DNA of 63,974 bases, counting the filler, from a bacterium (GTDB taxonomy: Bacteria > JALSQH01): assembly GCA_027004335.1 (NCBI GenBank). It is 12 parts of 12 records of this genome, joined end to end, with 100 filler letters (N's around TTAATTAATTAA, not from the genome) between each part and the next. Parts side by side here need not be neighbours in the genome. Positions count along the whole stretch, not along the records: positions 1 to 9,604 come from JALTID010000142.1; 11 more parts are not named here. The stretch is one strand, 5' to 3'. The notes under the pieces were generated by a model that ran no database searches, was not told where the DNA came from, and worked only from the letters and a program-made list of their open reading frames with translations. The position numbers and the translations under genes are program-made. Positions 1 to 9,604 of the stretch are shown here, piece after piece; the first letter of the stretch is position 1, and each line of letters opens with the position of its first letter.

Positions 1-482
1 GTAGGAAGCCTGTCTATATCCAACTCCCCAGTTACCTGTACAACCCTCCTCCCATTCTCCGAAGTAAAAGCTTCCCACTTAACATTCTTAAAATACTTGT
101 AATTATCAAAGGCCTCTCCAACAGTGATTGACTTATCAAAATCCAGAATGCCACCTTTCACAAGAGCAACATCGCTTGTTGTTTCTTTTATTCCACTTGC
201 AAGAATCCCAACAAAAAACAGCCCGAAAAATCCCAGAACAATGACTCTTCGGGTTTGAGGAACATCAACAGGATGCTCCTTGGCTTTTTCGATTAGTTCT
301 TTTCTCTTTATTAGATAGAGAGGAAATCCAATGATCCACAGCAGCCAGGTTACTACTGCCCATCCCCCCGCAGACATATTTGTAAAGCTCTTCTCCCCTG
401 GAATTTTCCCTATCTTGTTCTTTGTTGCATCGTAATAAACCCAGAAGGCTGAAGCAATTATAATTAATGCTATGTAATTCAT
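1..482 (-). CDS. Hypothetical membrane protein, runs off the left window edge (not in ORF track)
   Basis: Manual translation from ATG at 482: MNYIALIIIASAFWVYYDATKNKIGKIPGEKSFTNMSAGGWAVVTWLLWIIGFPLYLIKRK...; G-rich RBS upstream; about 3 hydrophobic segments; open to position 1. Confidence 0.75.
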   Translation of the reverse strand, partial: MNYIALIIIASAFWVYYDATKNKIGKIPGEKSFTNMSAGGWAVVTWLLWIIGFPLYLIKRKELIEKAKEHPVDVPQTRRVIVLGFFGLFFVGILASGIKETTSDVALVKGGILDFDKSITVGEAFDNYKYFKNVKWEAFTSENGRRVVQVTGELDIDRLP

Positions 483-720
483 TTTCCCCCCTTGTTTTTT
501 TACTCTAAATTCCACTATTTGTTAAATACAACTTAAGTGCCACAAATGCAACCCACTGAAAATAAAACTTTTCTTTTAATAAAATAAATCTATCCTCAAA
601 TTTTATACATAAGTTTTAGAAAATTGACAAATTTTAACCAAATTTCTCCCTTTCAAAACTAAATATACTGCTCACCATGGTAGAAAATATTTATCCCTTC
701 TTACATTTACCGGCGTTAGC

Positions 721-749
721 TTGACAATTAGGTTACTATATGCTATCCT
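721..749 (+). promoter_or_regulatory. Sigma70 promoter of the FadR-GRE operon
   Basis: TTGACA (721-726), 17-nt spacer, TGc extended -10, then TATCCT (744-749). Confidence 0.75.
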
Positions 750-751
750 CA

Positions 752-768
752 AATTGGTACGACCATTG
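752..768. promoter_or_regulatory. Putative FadR-subfamily operator
   Basis: AATTGGTACGACCATTG contains TGGT-N3-ACCA, the FadR-subfamily palindrome; lies just downstream of the -10 box and upstream of the FadR gene. Confidence 0.7.
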
Positions 769-785
769 AACCAGTGGAGGTGATA

Positions 786-1523
786 ATGGATTTTCTGGGA
801 AAAATTGAGCCCTTGAAGCCCCAGAGGATTTCCGATGAAATTCTCAATATCCTGGTAGAAGAGATCCTAACAGGAAAATTTTCATCGGGTGACAAACTCC
901 CACCAGAAAGGATGCTGGCTGAAAAATTTGGTGTCCACCGCAACAGTGTAAGAGAAGCCATAAAAAAATTAGAAATGCTTGGCCTGGTAGAGGTTAAGCA
1001 GGGCAACGGCTCTCTTATAAAAGCCATAGATAAAGAGGGGAATATCCTTCTATTGGGATACATTTTTGAGCATCCAGAATTTGTAACTCTGAAAATTTTA
1101 AAAGATCTGCTGAGATTCAGATATCTTCTTGAGACAGATGCCGCAGAGCAGGCAGCAACAATGAGAAGCGAAAAAGAACTGGTTTTACTGAATGAAATCC
1201 TTTATCAGGAAGAGAGAAATTTCAGCAATTCACCAATTTTTTCTCAGCTGGATTATGAACTACATCAGCAGATTATTACTGCTTCAAAAAATGTAGTTCT
1301 TCAGCTTGTTATAAACTCTATAAAAAATACCTATCTCACTTTTTCAGGAATTTTCTTCAGTGAAGTAGAAGTGATCCCATTCGTATATGAAAGACATGTA
1401 AGGCTAATTGACGCAATAAAAGAAAAAAATGGGAAACTTGCAAGGAAAATAATGGAGGAACTTTTAATCCATGGAGAGGAACATCTCCTTAAAAAACTCC
1501 AGAAGGGAGGGAGCTATGAGTAA
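786..1523 (+). CDS. GntR/FadR-family transcriptional regulator
   Basis: wHTH GDKLPPERMLAEKFGVHRNSVREAIKKLE...QGNG plus FCD domain (R.LLE...A..AA; D.ELH..I..AS.N); GGAGGTG RBS before ATG 786. Confidence 0.93.
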   Translation: MDFLGKIEPLKPQRISDEILNILVEEILTGKFSSGDKLPPERMLAEKFGVHRNSVREAIKKLEMLGLVEVKQGNGSLIKAIDKEGNILLLGYIFEHPEFVTLKILKDLLRFRYLLETDAAEQAATMRSEKELVLLNEILYQEERNFSNSPIFSQLDYELHQQIITASKNVVLQLVINSIKNTYLTFSGIFFSEVEVIPFVYERHVRLIDAIKEKNGKLARKIMEELLIHGEEHLLKKLQKGGSYE

Positions 1524-3915
1524 AGAATCAGCAACAGTAAGAATCTGGAAACCCTCAGAAAAACTACCCCCCAGAATTAAGAAACTGAGAGATGAGTATT
1601 TTTCATTCTACGACAGAGATTATTTTAGAAATGAGGTGAGGGCATACACCACGGGAATGCCCGGTGATCCGGTATGGTCACCTCACAACTGGGGGGTAGT
1701 CCCCGAACTTTTTCCATTCATGAAAGGGATGTTTGATGCATTGAGAGCTTTGGCTGAAGAAGTTAAAGTGCCTGATGATTTCTGGAAACATACCATTGCA
1801 TATAGAAGAGGATTATTCTTTAAAATTGTTTTAGAAAAATATCTGCCGGTAAAAATCCTTGAGCAGGAGCTGATTGTAGGATCATATTTCAATACAGCCC
1901 TCTCCAAGGTTCTTAGACCTGATGAGCAAAAAGAGTGGTATAAAAGAGAATTCCGCTGGTATAAGAAACTTGAATTTTTAAATGATGTGGGAATTGGAAA
2001 TACCGGTGCAATCCCTGGACACATCATTCCCAATTATCCAAAAGTTTTAAAGATGGGTATGAAAGGGATCGTGGAGTATATTGAAAGTGAGATTGAGAAA
2101 GAAACAGATAAAGAAAAGATAGAGTTTCTCCAGTCCATGATTCTATCTTTAGAAAGTGCAAAGATGCTATCTGAGCGTTACAGCTGGGAGGCAAGAAAAC
2201 TGGCTCAGGAAGAAAAAGACCCTCAGAGAAAGGAAGAGTTAGAGGAGATCGCAAGGATCACGGCAAAAGTACCATGGGAACCAGCTGAAACCTTCTGGGA
2301 GGCGCTCCAGTCCATCTGGATTACCCATATGCTGGTGATGGCAGCTGAATCTTACCCGGGTGCAGGTTTATCCCATGGGAGATTTGATCAATACATGTAT
2401 CCCTACTACAAAAAGGATATTGAAGAGGGCAGGATAACAAAGGAATTTGCCAGAGAGCTTCTCATGGCATACTGGATCAAGCACAACTATGTGTATGATT
2501 ATCAAGGAAGAGTTGGGCAGAATCAGGGAATTAATTCCGGTTTTGGCCAGTTGATGACTCTAAGCGGGAAGGGTCCCAATGGTGAAGATATGACCAATGA
2601 GTTAACATGGTTGATTTTTGATGTGATTGAAGATATGAATTTACTGGAGCCAAAACCAAATATAAGAGTGCATAAAAATACCCCGGAACCCGTTCTCAAA
2701 AGGATCACTTCCATGGTAACCAAAACACAGGGCTCACCTTTCCTCATTAATTTTGATGAACAGGCAATTAAAGGACTTCTCTGGCAGGGGATGCCAGAAG
2801 AAGAAGTATGGGATTACGCTCCAGTAGGCTGTCTTGAAAATACTTTTCAGGGCAAGGATAGATCAGGAACAGTTGATGTGAATATTAATCTTTTAAAGGC
2901 CATAGAATTGACTCTTTTTAACGGCAGGGATATCAGAACAGGCAAAAGAATAGGATTGAAAACAGGTGACCCCAGAAAATTCAAAACATTTGAGGAGTTC
3001 AAACAAGCTTTCGTAAAACAGCTTAAATATATCATTGATAAACTTCTTGAACTTGCCATGGAGGCTGATGCCATAAGGGCAAAATTTGAACCCATTCCCT
3101 ATCTCTCTGCAATTGTTGATGGTTGTATTGAAAAAAGAAAGGATGTTACAGCAGGAGGCCCAGTGTACAACTTTATCACCGTGGAGGGGATCGGCCTTGC
3201 CAACACAGCTGACTCCCTCACAGCAGCTAAAAAACTTGTGTTTGAAGAGAAAAAGATTTCAATGGACGAGTTACTCTACCATATCCAGAATAATTTTGAG
3301 GGCAGAGAAGGTGAAAAGATCAGACAGATACTGATAAATAAAGCACCTAAATATGGCAATGATAATGATGAAGCTGATGCTATGGCACGATTTGTTTCGC
3401 AACTCTGGACAAAATATGTATTTACCAAAAAAAGTCCAACAACAGGAAGGAGATTTAGAGGAGGTTACCTCTCATGGAATTACTGGATAGCATACGCACC
3501 TGCTGTATCAGCCACCCCTGATGGTAGAAGGAGGGGAACATTTCTTGCCAATGCAATTGGACCTATTGACGGAATGGCAAAAAAAGGACCCACGGCGGAA
3601 GCACTTTCTGTGGGTAAATTAGGACTTGAAACAGCACCAAATGGGGATTCCCACACCATGAATTTCAGTCCTGCGATGCTAAGAGACGAAGAGCATGTAG
3701 AAAAAATGGCAAATTTCCTGAGAACTTATAACGAAAAAGGTGGCACTGCTCTGCAGATCAACATAATTGATGCTGATACACTGAGAGAGGCGCAGAAGCA
3801 TCCAGAAGATTACCAAAACCTTCTTGTAAGGATCACAGGCTACAATGCCTACTTTGTGATGTTAGGTAAGGAAATGCAGGATGAAATTATTGCAAGAGAA
3901 TCGCATAAGCTATAA
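1516..3915 (+). CDS. Glycyl radical enzyme (PFL2/eliminase-like superfamily), substrate unknown
   Basis: C-terminal glycyl motif LLVRITGYNAYF; Cys loop PVGCLEN; GRFDQYMYPYY; APKYGNDNDEAD; ATPDGR; ATG 1516 overlaps the FadR 3' end. Confidence 0.93.
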   Translation: MSKESATVRIWKPSEKLPPRIKKLRDEYFSFYDRDYFRNEVRAYTTGMPGDPVWSPHNWGVVPELFPFMKGMFDALRALAEEVKVPDDFWKHTIAYRRGLFFKIVLEKYLPVKILEQELIVGSYFNTALSKVLRPDEQKEWYKREFRWYKKLEFLNDVGIGNTGAIPGHIIPNYPKVLKMGMKGIVEYIESEIEKETDKEKIEFLQSMILSLESAKMLSERYSWEARKLAQEEKDPQRKEELEEIARITAKVPWEPAETFWEALQSIWITHMLVMAAESYPGAGLSHGRFDQYMYPYYKKDIEEGRITKEFARELLMAYWIKHNYVYDYQGRVGQNQGINSGFGQLMTLSGKGPNGEDMTNELTWLIFDVIEDMNLLEPKPNIRVHKNTPEPVLKRITSMVTKTQGSPFLINFDEQAIKGLLWQGMPEEEVWDYAPVGCLENTFQGKDRSGTVDVNINLLKAIELTLFNGRDIRTGKRIGLKTGDPRKFKTFEEFKQAFVKQLKYIIDKLLELAMEADAIRAKFEPIPYLSAIVDGCIEKRKDVTAGGPVYNFITVEGIGLANTADSLTAAKKLVFEEKKISMDELLYHIQNNFEGREGEKIRQILINKAPKYGNDNDEADAMARFVSQLWTKYVFTKKSPTTGRRFRGGYLSWNYWIAYAPAVSATPDGRRRGTFLANAIGPIDGMAKKGPTAEALSVGKLGLETAPNGDSHTMNFSPAMLRDEEHVEKMANFLRTYNEKGGTALQINIIDADTLREAQKHPEDYQNLLVRITGYNAYFVMLGKEMQDEIIARESHKL

Positions 3916-4849
3916 TACTGATGAAAACTACGCTATGATCTTTAATATCGAGCGTTTCAGTACCGAAGATGGACCGGGGATAAGGACCACCGTCTTTTTT
4001 AAAGGATGCCCGCTTAAATGCCCATGGTGTCACAATCCAGAGAGTATTGACAGGAATCCTCAGCTTGTATGGTACTCAGTAAGATGTATTGCCACCATGG
4101 ATTGCATTAAAGCATGTAAAGAAAATGCCCTTCAGCTCACCCCCGAGGGGATGTACATAGACAGAATAAAATGTACCGCATGTGGTGATTGTGTTGAAGC
4201 GTGCCCATCAGGTGCTCTGGAGCTTATAGGAGAATATAAGAGTGTGGAAGAAATATTTGATGAGGTTATGAGGGACAACTCTTTTTACAAAAACTCCGAA
4301 GGAGGAGTAACCTTCGGAGGAGGAGAACCATTACTCCAGTATTACCCTTTAACCAGGCTTGCCATGATGTTCAAAGAAGCAGGTGTCCATACGGCTCTTG
4401 ATACTACTGCTTTTACTGCTAAAAAAATCCTAAATATGGTTCTTCCCTACATTGATCTTGTTCTTCTTGATCTCAAACAGATGGACCCAGAGCTTCATAT
4501 AAAATATACAGGAGTACCCAACAAAACAATACTTGAAAATGCAAAATATATTTCTCAGGTTCATAAGAAGAAGATCTGGGTGAGAACCCCTGTGATTCCT
4601 GGGTATACTGACCAGGATGAAAATATTGAAGCTGTGGCGAAATTCATTAAAGAAAATCTTCCCACATGTGAGCGTTATGATCTTCTTGCCTTTAACAACA
4701 CCTGCAAGGATAAATATGATAGATTGGGGATAAAATTTGAATTGGCTGACACTCCACTAATGAGGAGAGGAAGAATGCAGCAACTCCTTGATCTGGCAGT
4801 AAGAAAAGGAATCCCCACTACTTACTGGACAGGAACAGTTAGAGATTAA
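3881..4849 (+). CDS. Glycyl-radical enzyme activating protein (radical SAM with ferredoxin insert)
   Basis: FSTEDGPGIRTTVFFKGCPLKCPWCHNPES (CX3CX2C), GGGEP, ferredoxin insert CTACGDCVEACP. Confidence 0.95.
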   Translation: MKLLQENRISYNTDENYAMIFNIERFSTEDGPGIRTTVFFKGCPLKCPWCHNPESIDRNPQLVWYSVRCIATMDCIKACKENALQLTPEGMYIDRIKCTACGDCVEACPSGALELIGEYKSVEEIFDEVMRDNSFYKNSEGGVTFGGGEPLLQYYPLTRLAMMFKEAGVHTALDTTAFTAKKILNMVLPYIDLVLLDLKQMDPELHIKYTGVPNKTILENAKYISQVHKKKIWVRTPVIPGYTDQDENIEAVAKFIKENLPTCERYDLLAFNNTCKDKYDRLGIKFELADTPLMRRGRMQQLLDLAVRKGIPTTYWTGTVRD

Positions 4850-4860
4850 GGAGGTAAACC

Positions 4861-5685
4861 ATGCTCTCAAAAGGAGCTCTTGAAATATTCAGAGGACCGT
4901 TAAATCCAAAATTTCTCGCCACTGTGGGTGAGGATGGAAGGCCCAATGTGGTTCTTATAATCTCCATCACTGCTCCCACAGATGATCATCTTGCTTTCGG
5001 GGAATTTATGATATGGAAAACAAAGAAAAATCTCCTGAACAATAATAAAATATACATATATGCCTTTACACAGAAGTTCAAAGCAACTGCAGGAAGAGCA
5101 CTCTTCAAGGGTTTTGTTAAAATGGGCCCAGAGGTTGACTATATAAACAACATGGATCTCTTCAGATACAACGCCTATACAGGAATAAGAAGCGCAGGGA
5201 TCATTCAGCCACTTTCAGAATTTCCCACTTTCAGAATACCAATAGTGTCCAGTCTTACCGGAATGGGATTACTTCAGGCAGGTAAGACACTTTTCAGGTT
5301 AACCAACAGAAAATCAGAGATTGAAATTCCAGAAGCAGTAAGAGAAAAATTTGATAAACTACTTGGCTTCAAAGTTATCTCTTTTGTAGAAGAAGACGGA
5401 TTCCCGGTAATTTTCCTCACCATGGCAATGAAACTTGTTGGAGATCATCTTATATTTCCCATCAACGGCCAGAACAAAAAAATTAAGAAGTTTCAAGAAG
5501 GTTCTCCTGTGGCAGTTGATATTCTTACTCTTGAACCAGCTTCCTATCAGCTCAAAGGAATATATGAAGGATACTCCCGCTGGGGGACTACCCCTGTAGG
5601 AAAAATCAAAGTCACAGAGGTGTATTCTGCTTCTCCTCCAGTACCGGGAAAGTTGATAAGCAGCGCAGAAGGAAGAGAACCTTAA
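4861..5685 (+). CDS. Tandem pyridoxamine 5'-phosphate oxidase-like (split-barrel, putative FMN-binding) protein
   Basis: Two related halves (KFLATVGEDGRPNVV / KVISFVEEDGFPVI); KTKKNLLNN and SYQLKG motifs typical of the family; AGGAGGT RBS. Confidence 0.7.
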   Translation: MLSKGALEIFRGPLNPKFLATVGEDGRPNVVLIISITAPTDDHLAFGEFMIWKTKKNLLNNNKIYIYAFTQKFKATAGRALFKGFVKMGPEVDYINNMDLFRYNAYTGIRSAGIIQPLSEFPTFRIPIVSSLTGMGLLQAGKTLFRLTNRKSEIEIPEAVREKFDKLLGFKVISFVEEDGFPVIFLTMAMKLVGDHLIFPINGQNKKIKKFQEGSPVAVDILTLEPASYQLKGIYEGYSRWGTTPVGKIKVTEVYSASPPVPGKLISSAEGREP

Positions 5686-5871
5686 GAAATTCTTAATCTT
5701 AAGAACAGATAATAATTCCCTTTAACAACCTGATCGTTTTGATATAACCATATTGGTGATTTGATAGTCTCAACGACAGATATGTGAGATGGCGAAGCAC
5801 AGGAGAGACAAAAAATCTTTTCCTCTGCAGGTCATACCTACCAAAAATTGTGGTGGAAATTGGGCAGATCG

Positions 5872-5919
5872 ATTGTATACATTATACAATTTTGACATCA
5901 ATCTCATCCTCAATATAAT
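5872..5919 (+). promoter_or_regulatory. icd promoter with adjacent inverted repeat
   Basis: ATTGTATA-cat-TATACAAT (5872-5890), then TTGACA (5892-5897), 16 nt, TATAAT (5914-5919). Confidence 0.7.
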
Positions 5920-5950
5920 AGAAGCAAATCAATTTGATGGAGGTGAAAAT

Positions 5951-8194
5951 ATGGAAAAGAGGAAGCCTCTAATTACATGGACCAAGGTTGACGAAGCTCC
6001 CTATCTTGCAACATTCTCACTCTTACCAGCAGCGGAAAAGTTTATCGCAGCTGCAGGAATAGATATTGAAATTAAAAATATCTCACTTGCTGGAAGGATA
6101 CTTGCAACATTCTCCGAATATCTCACAGAGGATCAAAAAGTTCCTGATGATCTTGCTGAGTTAGGGGATAGGGTAGTAAATGACCCCTACATAAATCTTG
6201 TAAAATTACCCAATATCAGTGCTACGGTGGTTCAGGCAAAAGATGCAGTGAAGGAACTTCAGAAGAAGGGATACAAACTTCCTGATTATCCTGAAGAAGT
6301 TAAAACAGAAGAGGATAAAAAAATCCTTGAACTTTATTCAAAGGTGATAGGCAGTATCGTAAACCCCATCATCAGGCAGGGGAATAATATCAGATCTATA
6401 CCTCTCCCCGTTAAAGAAAGCGCAAGGAAATACCCCGACCAGATGGCTGGACTCCCCCTCAAAGACTGGGATAAAGGTTCAAAAACACATGTATCCCATA
6501 TGGATGGCGGAGATTTCTACGAAAATGAAAAATCTATAACTTCTCCGAAAGCTCAAAAAGTCAAGATTTACTTCCTTGATGAAAATGGTAATAAGAAGGA
6601 AATGAAGGCTCTTGAACTCATAGAGGGGGAAGTAATGGACTCCACATATATGGATGTCAGAGAACTCCAGAAATTCTTTGAAAGAGAAGTGGAAGACGCA
6701 AAAGAAAAAGGTGTCCTCTGGTCTGTACATCTTAAAGGCACCATGATGAAAGTTTCTGATCCCGTCATTTTTGGCTATGCAGTCAGAGCTTACTTCAAAG
6801 ACCTCTTTGAAAAATATGGGAAAGAGTTAGAGGAGATAGGATTTAACCCCAATGAAGGGCTTACAGGACTTTATAAAAAATTAGAAAAGGTTCCAGAGGA
6901 GAAAAGAAAAGCCATACAAGATGAAATCCAGAAGATCTATGATAAAAATCCCCCCATGTACATGGTTGACTCCAATAAGGGGATCACAAATTTACACGCT
7001 CCCAATCTGGTAATAATTGACGCCTCTATTCCACCCATTATCAGAGATGGTGGCAAAGCATGGGGACCTGATGGTAAACCTCATGATGTAAAAATAATCG
7101 TTCCAGACCGAAGCTACGGAACTTCATACAAAGAAATTGTTGCGGATTGCAGAAGAAATGGAAAATTTGATAGAAAAACCATGGGCTCAGTAATGAATAT
7201 TGGACTTATGGCAATGAAGGCTGAAGAATATGGTTCCCATGACAAAACTTTTATCGCTCCATCTGATGGAACTTTTCAGGTTGTGGATGAAGAGGGAAAT
7301 GTTCTTATGGAACACAAAGTTCAACAGGGTGACATCTGGAGAGGATGTCAGGTAAAGGACATAGCGGTGAAAAATTGGGTTCAGATCGCAGTGGGAAAGG
7401 CAAGAGAAACCGGAAACACCACCATATTCTGGCTGGACAGAAACAGGGGACACGATACTCAGCTGATCAAAAAAGTTGAAACATATCTCAAAGATTACGA
7501 CACCAGTGACCTTGATATAAGAATTCTACCACCTCCGGAAGCAATGAAGATCACAGTGGAAAAAGTAAGAAAAGGGGAGAATGTGATAGCGGTCACAGGA
7601 AATGTTCTCAGGGATTATCTCACAGACCTTTTCCCTATTCTTGAGGTTGGTACCAGTGCCAAAGTTCTATCTGTTATACCTCTTCTTAATGGAGGTAATC
7701 TGGTAGAAGCAGGAGCAGGTGGCTCTGCTCCAAAACATGTGTGGCAGTTCCTAGATGAAGGACATTTAAGATGGGACTCCACAGCTGAATTCACAGCACT
7801 TATTGAAGCTCTGAGGTTCATAGCTCAAAAATATGACTATCCAAAGGCAAAAATCCTTGCAGATACCGCAGAACAGGGCTTAATAAAACTCCTCCTCAAT
7901 AAGCAGTGGCCATCAAGAAAAGTTGGGGAGCTTGACACCAGAGGAGAGCATTACTACTTCATAAGATACTGGGCGGAGAATTTAGCTGCCCAGAATGATG
8001 ATGAAGAGCTGAAGAAAAAATTTGAAGCTCCTGCAAAAGCTCTTGCTGAAAATGAGGAAAAGATTTTAAATGAACTACTTGCCGCTCAGGGAAAACCAGT
8101 TGACATCAATGGTTACTACTTCTCCGATGAAGAAAAACTGGCAAAAGAGATGAGGCCAAGCCCCACCTACAACTCCATAATTGATTCCATGTAA
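5951..8194 (+). CDS. icd: Monomeric NADP-dependent isocitrate dehydrogenase
   Basis: [85 protein letters not shown] favours ATG 5951 over the ORF-track start 5789. Confidence 0.95.
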   Translation: MEKRKPLITWTKVDEAPYLATFSLLPAAEKFIAAAGIDIEIKNISLAGRILATFSEYLTEDQKVPDDLAELGDRVVNDPYINLVKLPNISATVVQAKDAVKELQKKGYKLPDYPEEVKTEEDKKILELYSKVIGSIVNPIIRQGNNIRSIPLPVKESARKYPDQMAGLPLKDWDKGSKTHVSHMDGGDFYENEKSITSPKAQKVKIYFLDENGNKKEMKALELIEGEVMDSTYMDVRELQKFFEREVEDAKEKGVLWSVHLKGTMMKVSDPVIFGYAVRAYFKDLFEKYGKELEEIGFNPNEGLTGLYKKLEKVPEEKRKAIQDEIQKIYDKNPPMYMVDSNKGITNLHAPNLVIIDASIPPIIRDGGKAWGPDGKPHDVKIIVPDRSYGTSYKEIVADCRRNGKFDRKTMGSVMNIGLMAMKAEEYGSHDKTFIAPSDGTFQVVDEEGNVLMEHKVQQGDIWRGCQVKDIAVKNWVQIAVGKARETGNTTIFWLDRNRGHDTQLIKKVETYLKDYDTSDLDIRILPPPEAMKITVEKVRKGENVIAVTGNVLRDYLTDLFPILEVGTSAKVLSVIPLLNGGNLVEAGAGGSAPKHVWQFLDEGHLRWDSTAEFTALIEALRFIAQKYDYPKAKILADTAEQGLIKLLLNKQWPSRKVGELDTRGEHYYFIRYWAENLAAQNDDEELKKKFEAPAKALAENEEKILNELLAAQGKPVDINGYYFSDEEKLAKEMRPSPTYNSIIDSM

Positions 8195-8199
8195 TCCTC

Positions 8200-8227
8200 A
8201 GGCGGGTCTTACGACCCGCCTCTTTTA
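8200..8227 (+). terminator. Intrinsic terminator after icd
   Basis: AGGCGGGTC-ttac-GACCCGCCT followed by CTTTT. Confidence 0.8.
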
Positions 8228-8373
8228 CTTCACCTTTCAGTCTCCACTACCTTTTCTTTCTTCCTCTCCTTTTTAAACATCCCCAGTCATCTCTTATGCT
8301 CTTTTATCTCTAATTTTATTGCTTCTCAGCCGTTAACTGACACTCTCCAATATATGTCCTTTCCCTGATATTC

Positions 8374-9549
8374 TTGAAACTACACCCCTGTAAATGGATA
8401 ATTGAAAAAATGGAGAGTAACAGTAAAACTGTGAGAAATTCCTCAAGATTTTTTCTCGTTACTCTTTTCATCCTTATCATGGCAACTCTGTATGTTGCTG
8501 ATAACATTTATCTGTTCTATTCAATTAAAAGCACTTTTCCTCTTTTTAAAGATAAAACATATCTCAGGATGTTGCAAATCATCTTCTGGAGCTTCGCAGT
8601 TATTTACCCCACAGGAGAGATCACAAGACACCTATGGAGAAAATACAACATTCTTTTAAATATTGGTGTTTTCTGGCTTGGATTTATGGGAATATTCTCA
8701 TCTTTTTATGTCTTAGGAGATATTGCCATATGCATCTTCAACTCACCACAGGAAAAAAAAATAGGTGCTTTCTCCCTTTCCCTGATAATTTTCATAATTT
8801 CTCTGAAGGAATTATTTCTACCAGTAAAAATAAAAAAAGTAAAAATTGTATCTCCAAAAATTAAAAATGAGACCAAAATAATCCAGGTTTCGGATCTCCA
8901 TCTGGGGTATCTCAAGAGTGAAAGGTGGCTGAAAAAAATTGTAAATTCCATCCTCAGGATGGAGGGAGAATTAATTCTTTTAACAGGGGATCTCATAGAC
9001 TGCAATTATCGTTGTATAAAAAAATATATAACGATTCTCCGGGAATTGGGAGAAAGTAAAAATGTACTGATTATTCCGGGGAATCACGACTACTTCTCAG
9101 AATTTAAAATTTTTAAAAGAGTATGCGAAGAAACTAACTTTACACTTCTTGATAACAAATGTAAAAGTGAAAAAGATATAAATATATGTGGAGTTCATGA
9201 CCCCACAGGCAGATTCTTCGGGTTTAACAGGAACATGGGAAAAGTTCTTTCTTCAATATCTTCTGAAAAATTTAATATTCTATTATCCCACACCCCTGTT
9301 AAAGAGAAAAGCGGTAATTTTGATCTAATTCTCAGTGGCCACACCCATGCAGGGCAGATTCCACCGATGGAACTCCTTGTATTTTTAGTATACTGGGATC
9401 CATGGGGATTAAAAAAATATGGAAATACAATTCACTACACCACCTCGGGAACTGGAACATGGGGGCCTCCCATGAGGTTCTTATCAAGGTCTGAAATAAT
9501 AATTTTTGAGTTAATCCCCCAAAAAGGTAAAATAGAGGATAATGGCTGA
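8374..9549 (+). CDS. Membrane-anchored metallophosphoesterase (YkuE-like)
   Basis: SDLHLG, TGDLID, PGNHDY, LSHTP, SGHTHAGQ, GTWGPPMR motifs; N-terminal TM helices; start may be ATG 8410. Confidence 0.9.
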   Translation: MKLHPCKWIIEKMESNSKTVRNSSRFFLVTLFILIMATLYVADNIYLFYSIKSTFPLFKDKTYLRMLQIIFWSFAVIYPTGEITRHLWRKYNILLNIGVFWLGFMGIFSSFYVLGDIAICIFNSPQEKKIGAFSLSLIIFIISLKELFLPVKIKKVKIVSPKIKNETKIIQVSDLHLGYLKSERWLKKIVNSILRMEGELILLTGDLIDCNYRCIKKYITILRELGESKNVLIIPGNHDYFSEFKIFKRVCEETNFTLLDNKCKSEKDINICGVHDPTGRFFGFNRNMGKVLSSISSEKFNILLSHTPVKEKSGNFDLILSGHTHAGQIPPMELLVFLVYWDPWGLKKYGNTIHYTTSGTGTWGPPMRFLSRSEIIIFELIPQKGKIEDNG

Positions 9550-9604
9550 AAATATAATAAAAATAGAAAATCCATGAAAACGGCGTACTGAAAAAGGGGG
9601 TAAT

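Noticed and set aside
1516-3915. Calling the GRE pflB, cutC, hypD or bssA
   Set aside because: No Cys-Cys pair and none of the diagnostic neighbours; class-specific residues could not be confirmed by eye.
5770-5835. Possible glycine riboswitch upstream of icd (GGAGAG...CTCTGCAGG)
   Set aside because: The CCGAAG core is missing from the required position, and the segment lies upstream of the predicted icd promoter.
5789-5950. 54-aa N-terminal extension of IDH
   Set aside because: It covers the promoter; the RBS and homology start at ATG 5951.
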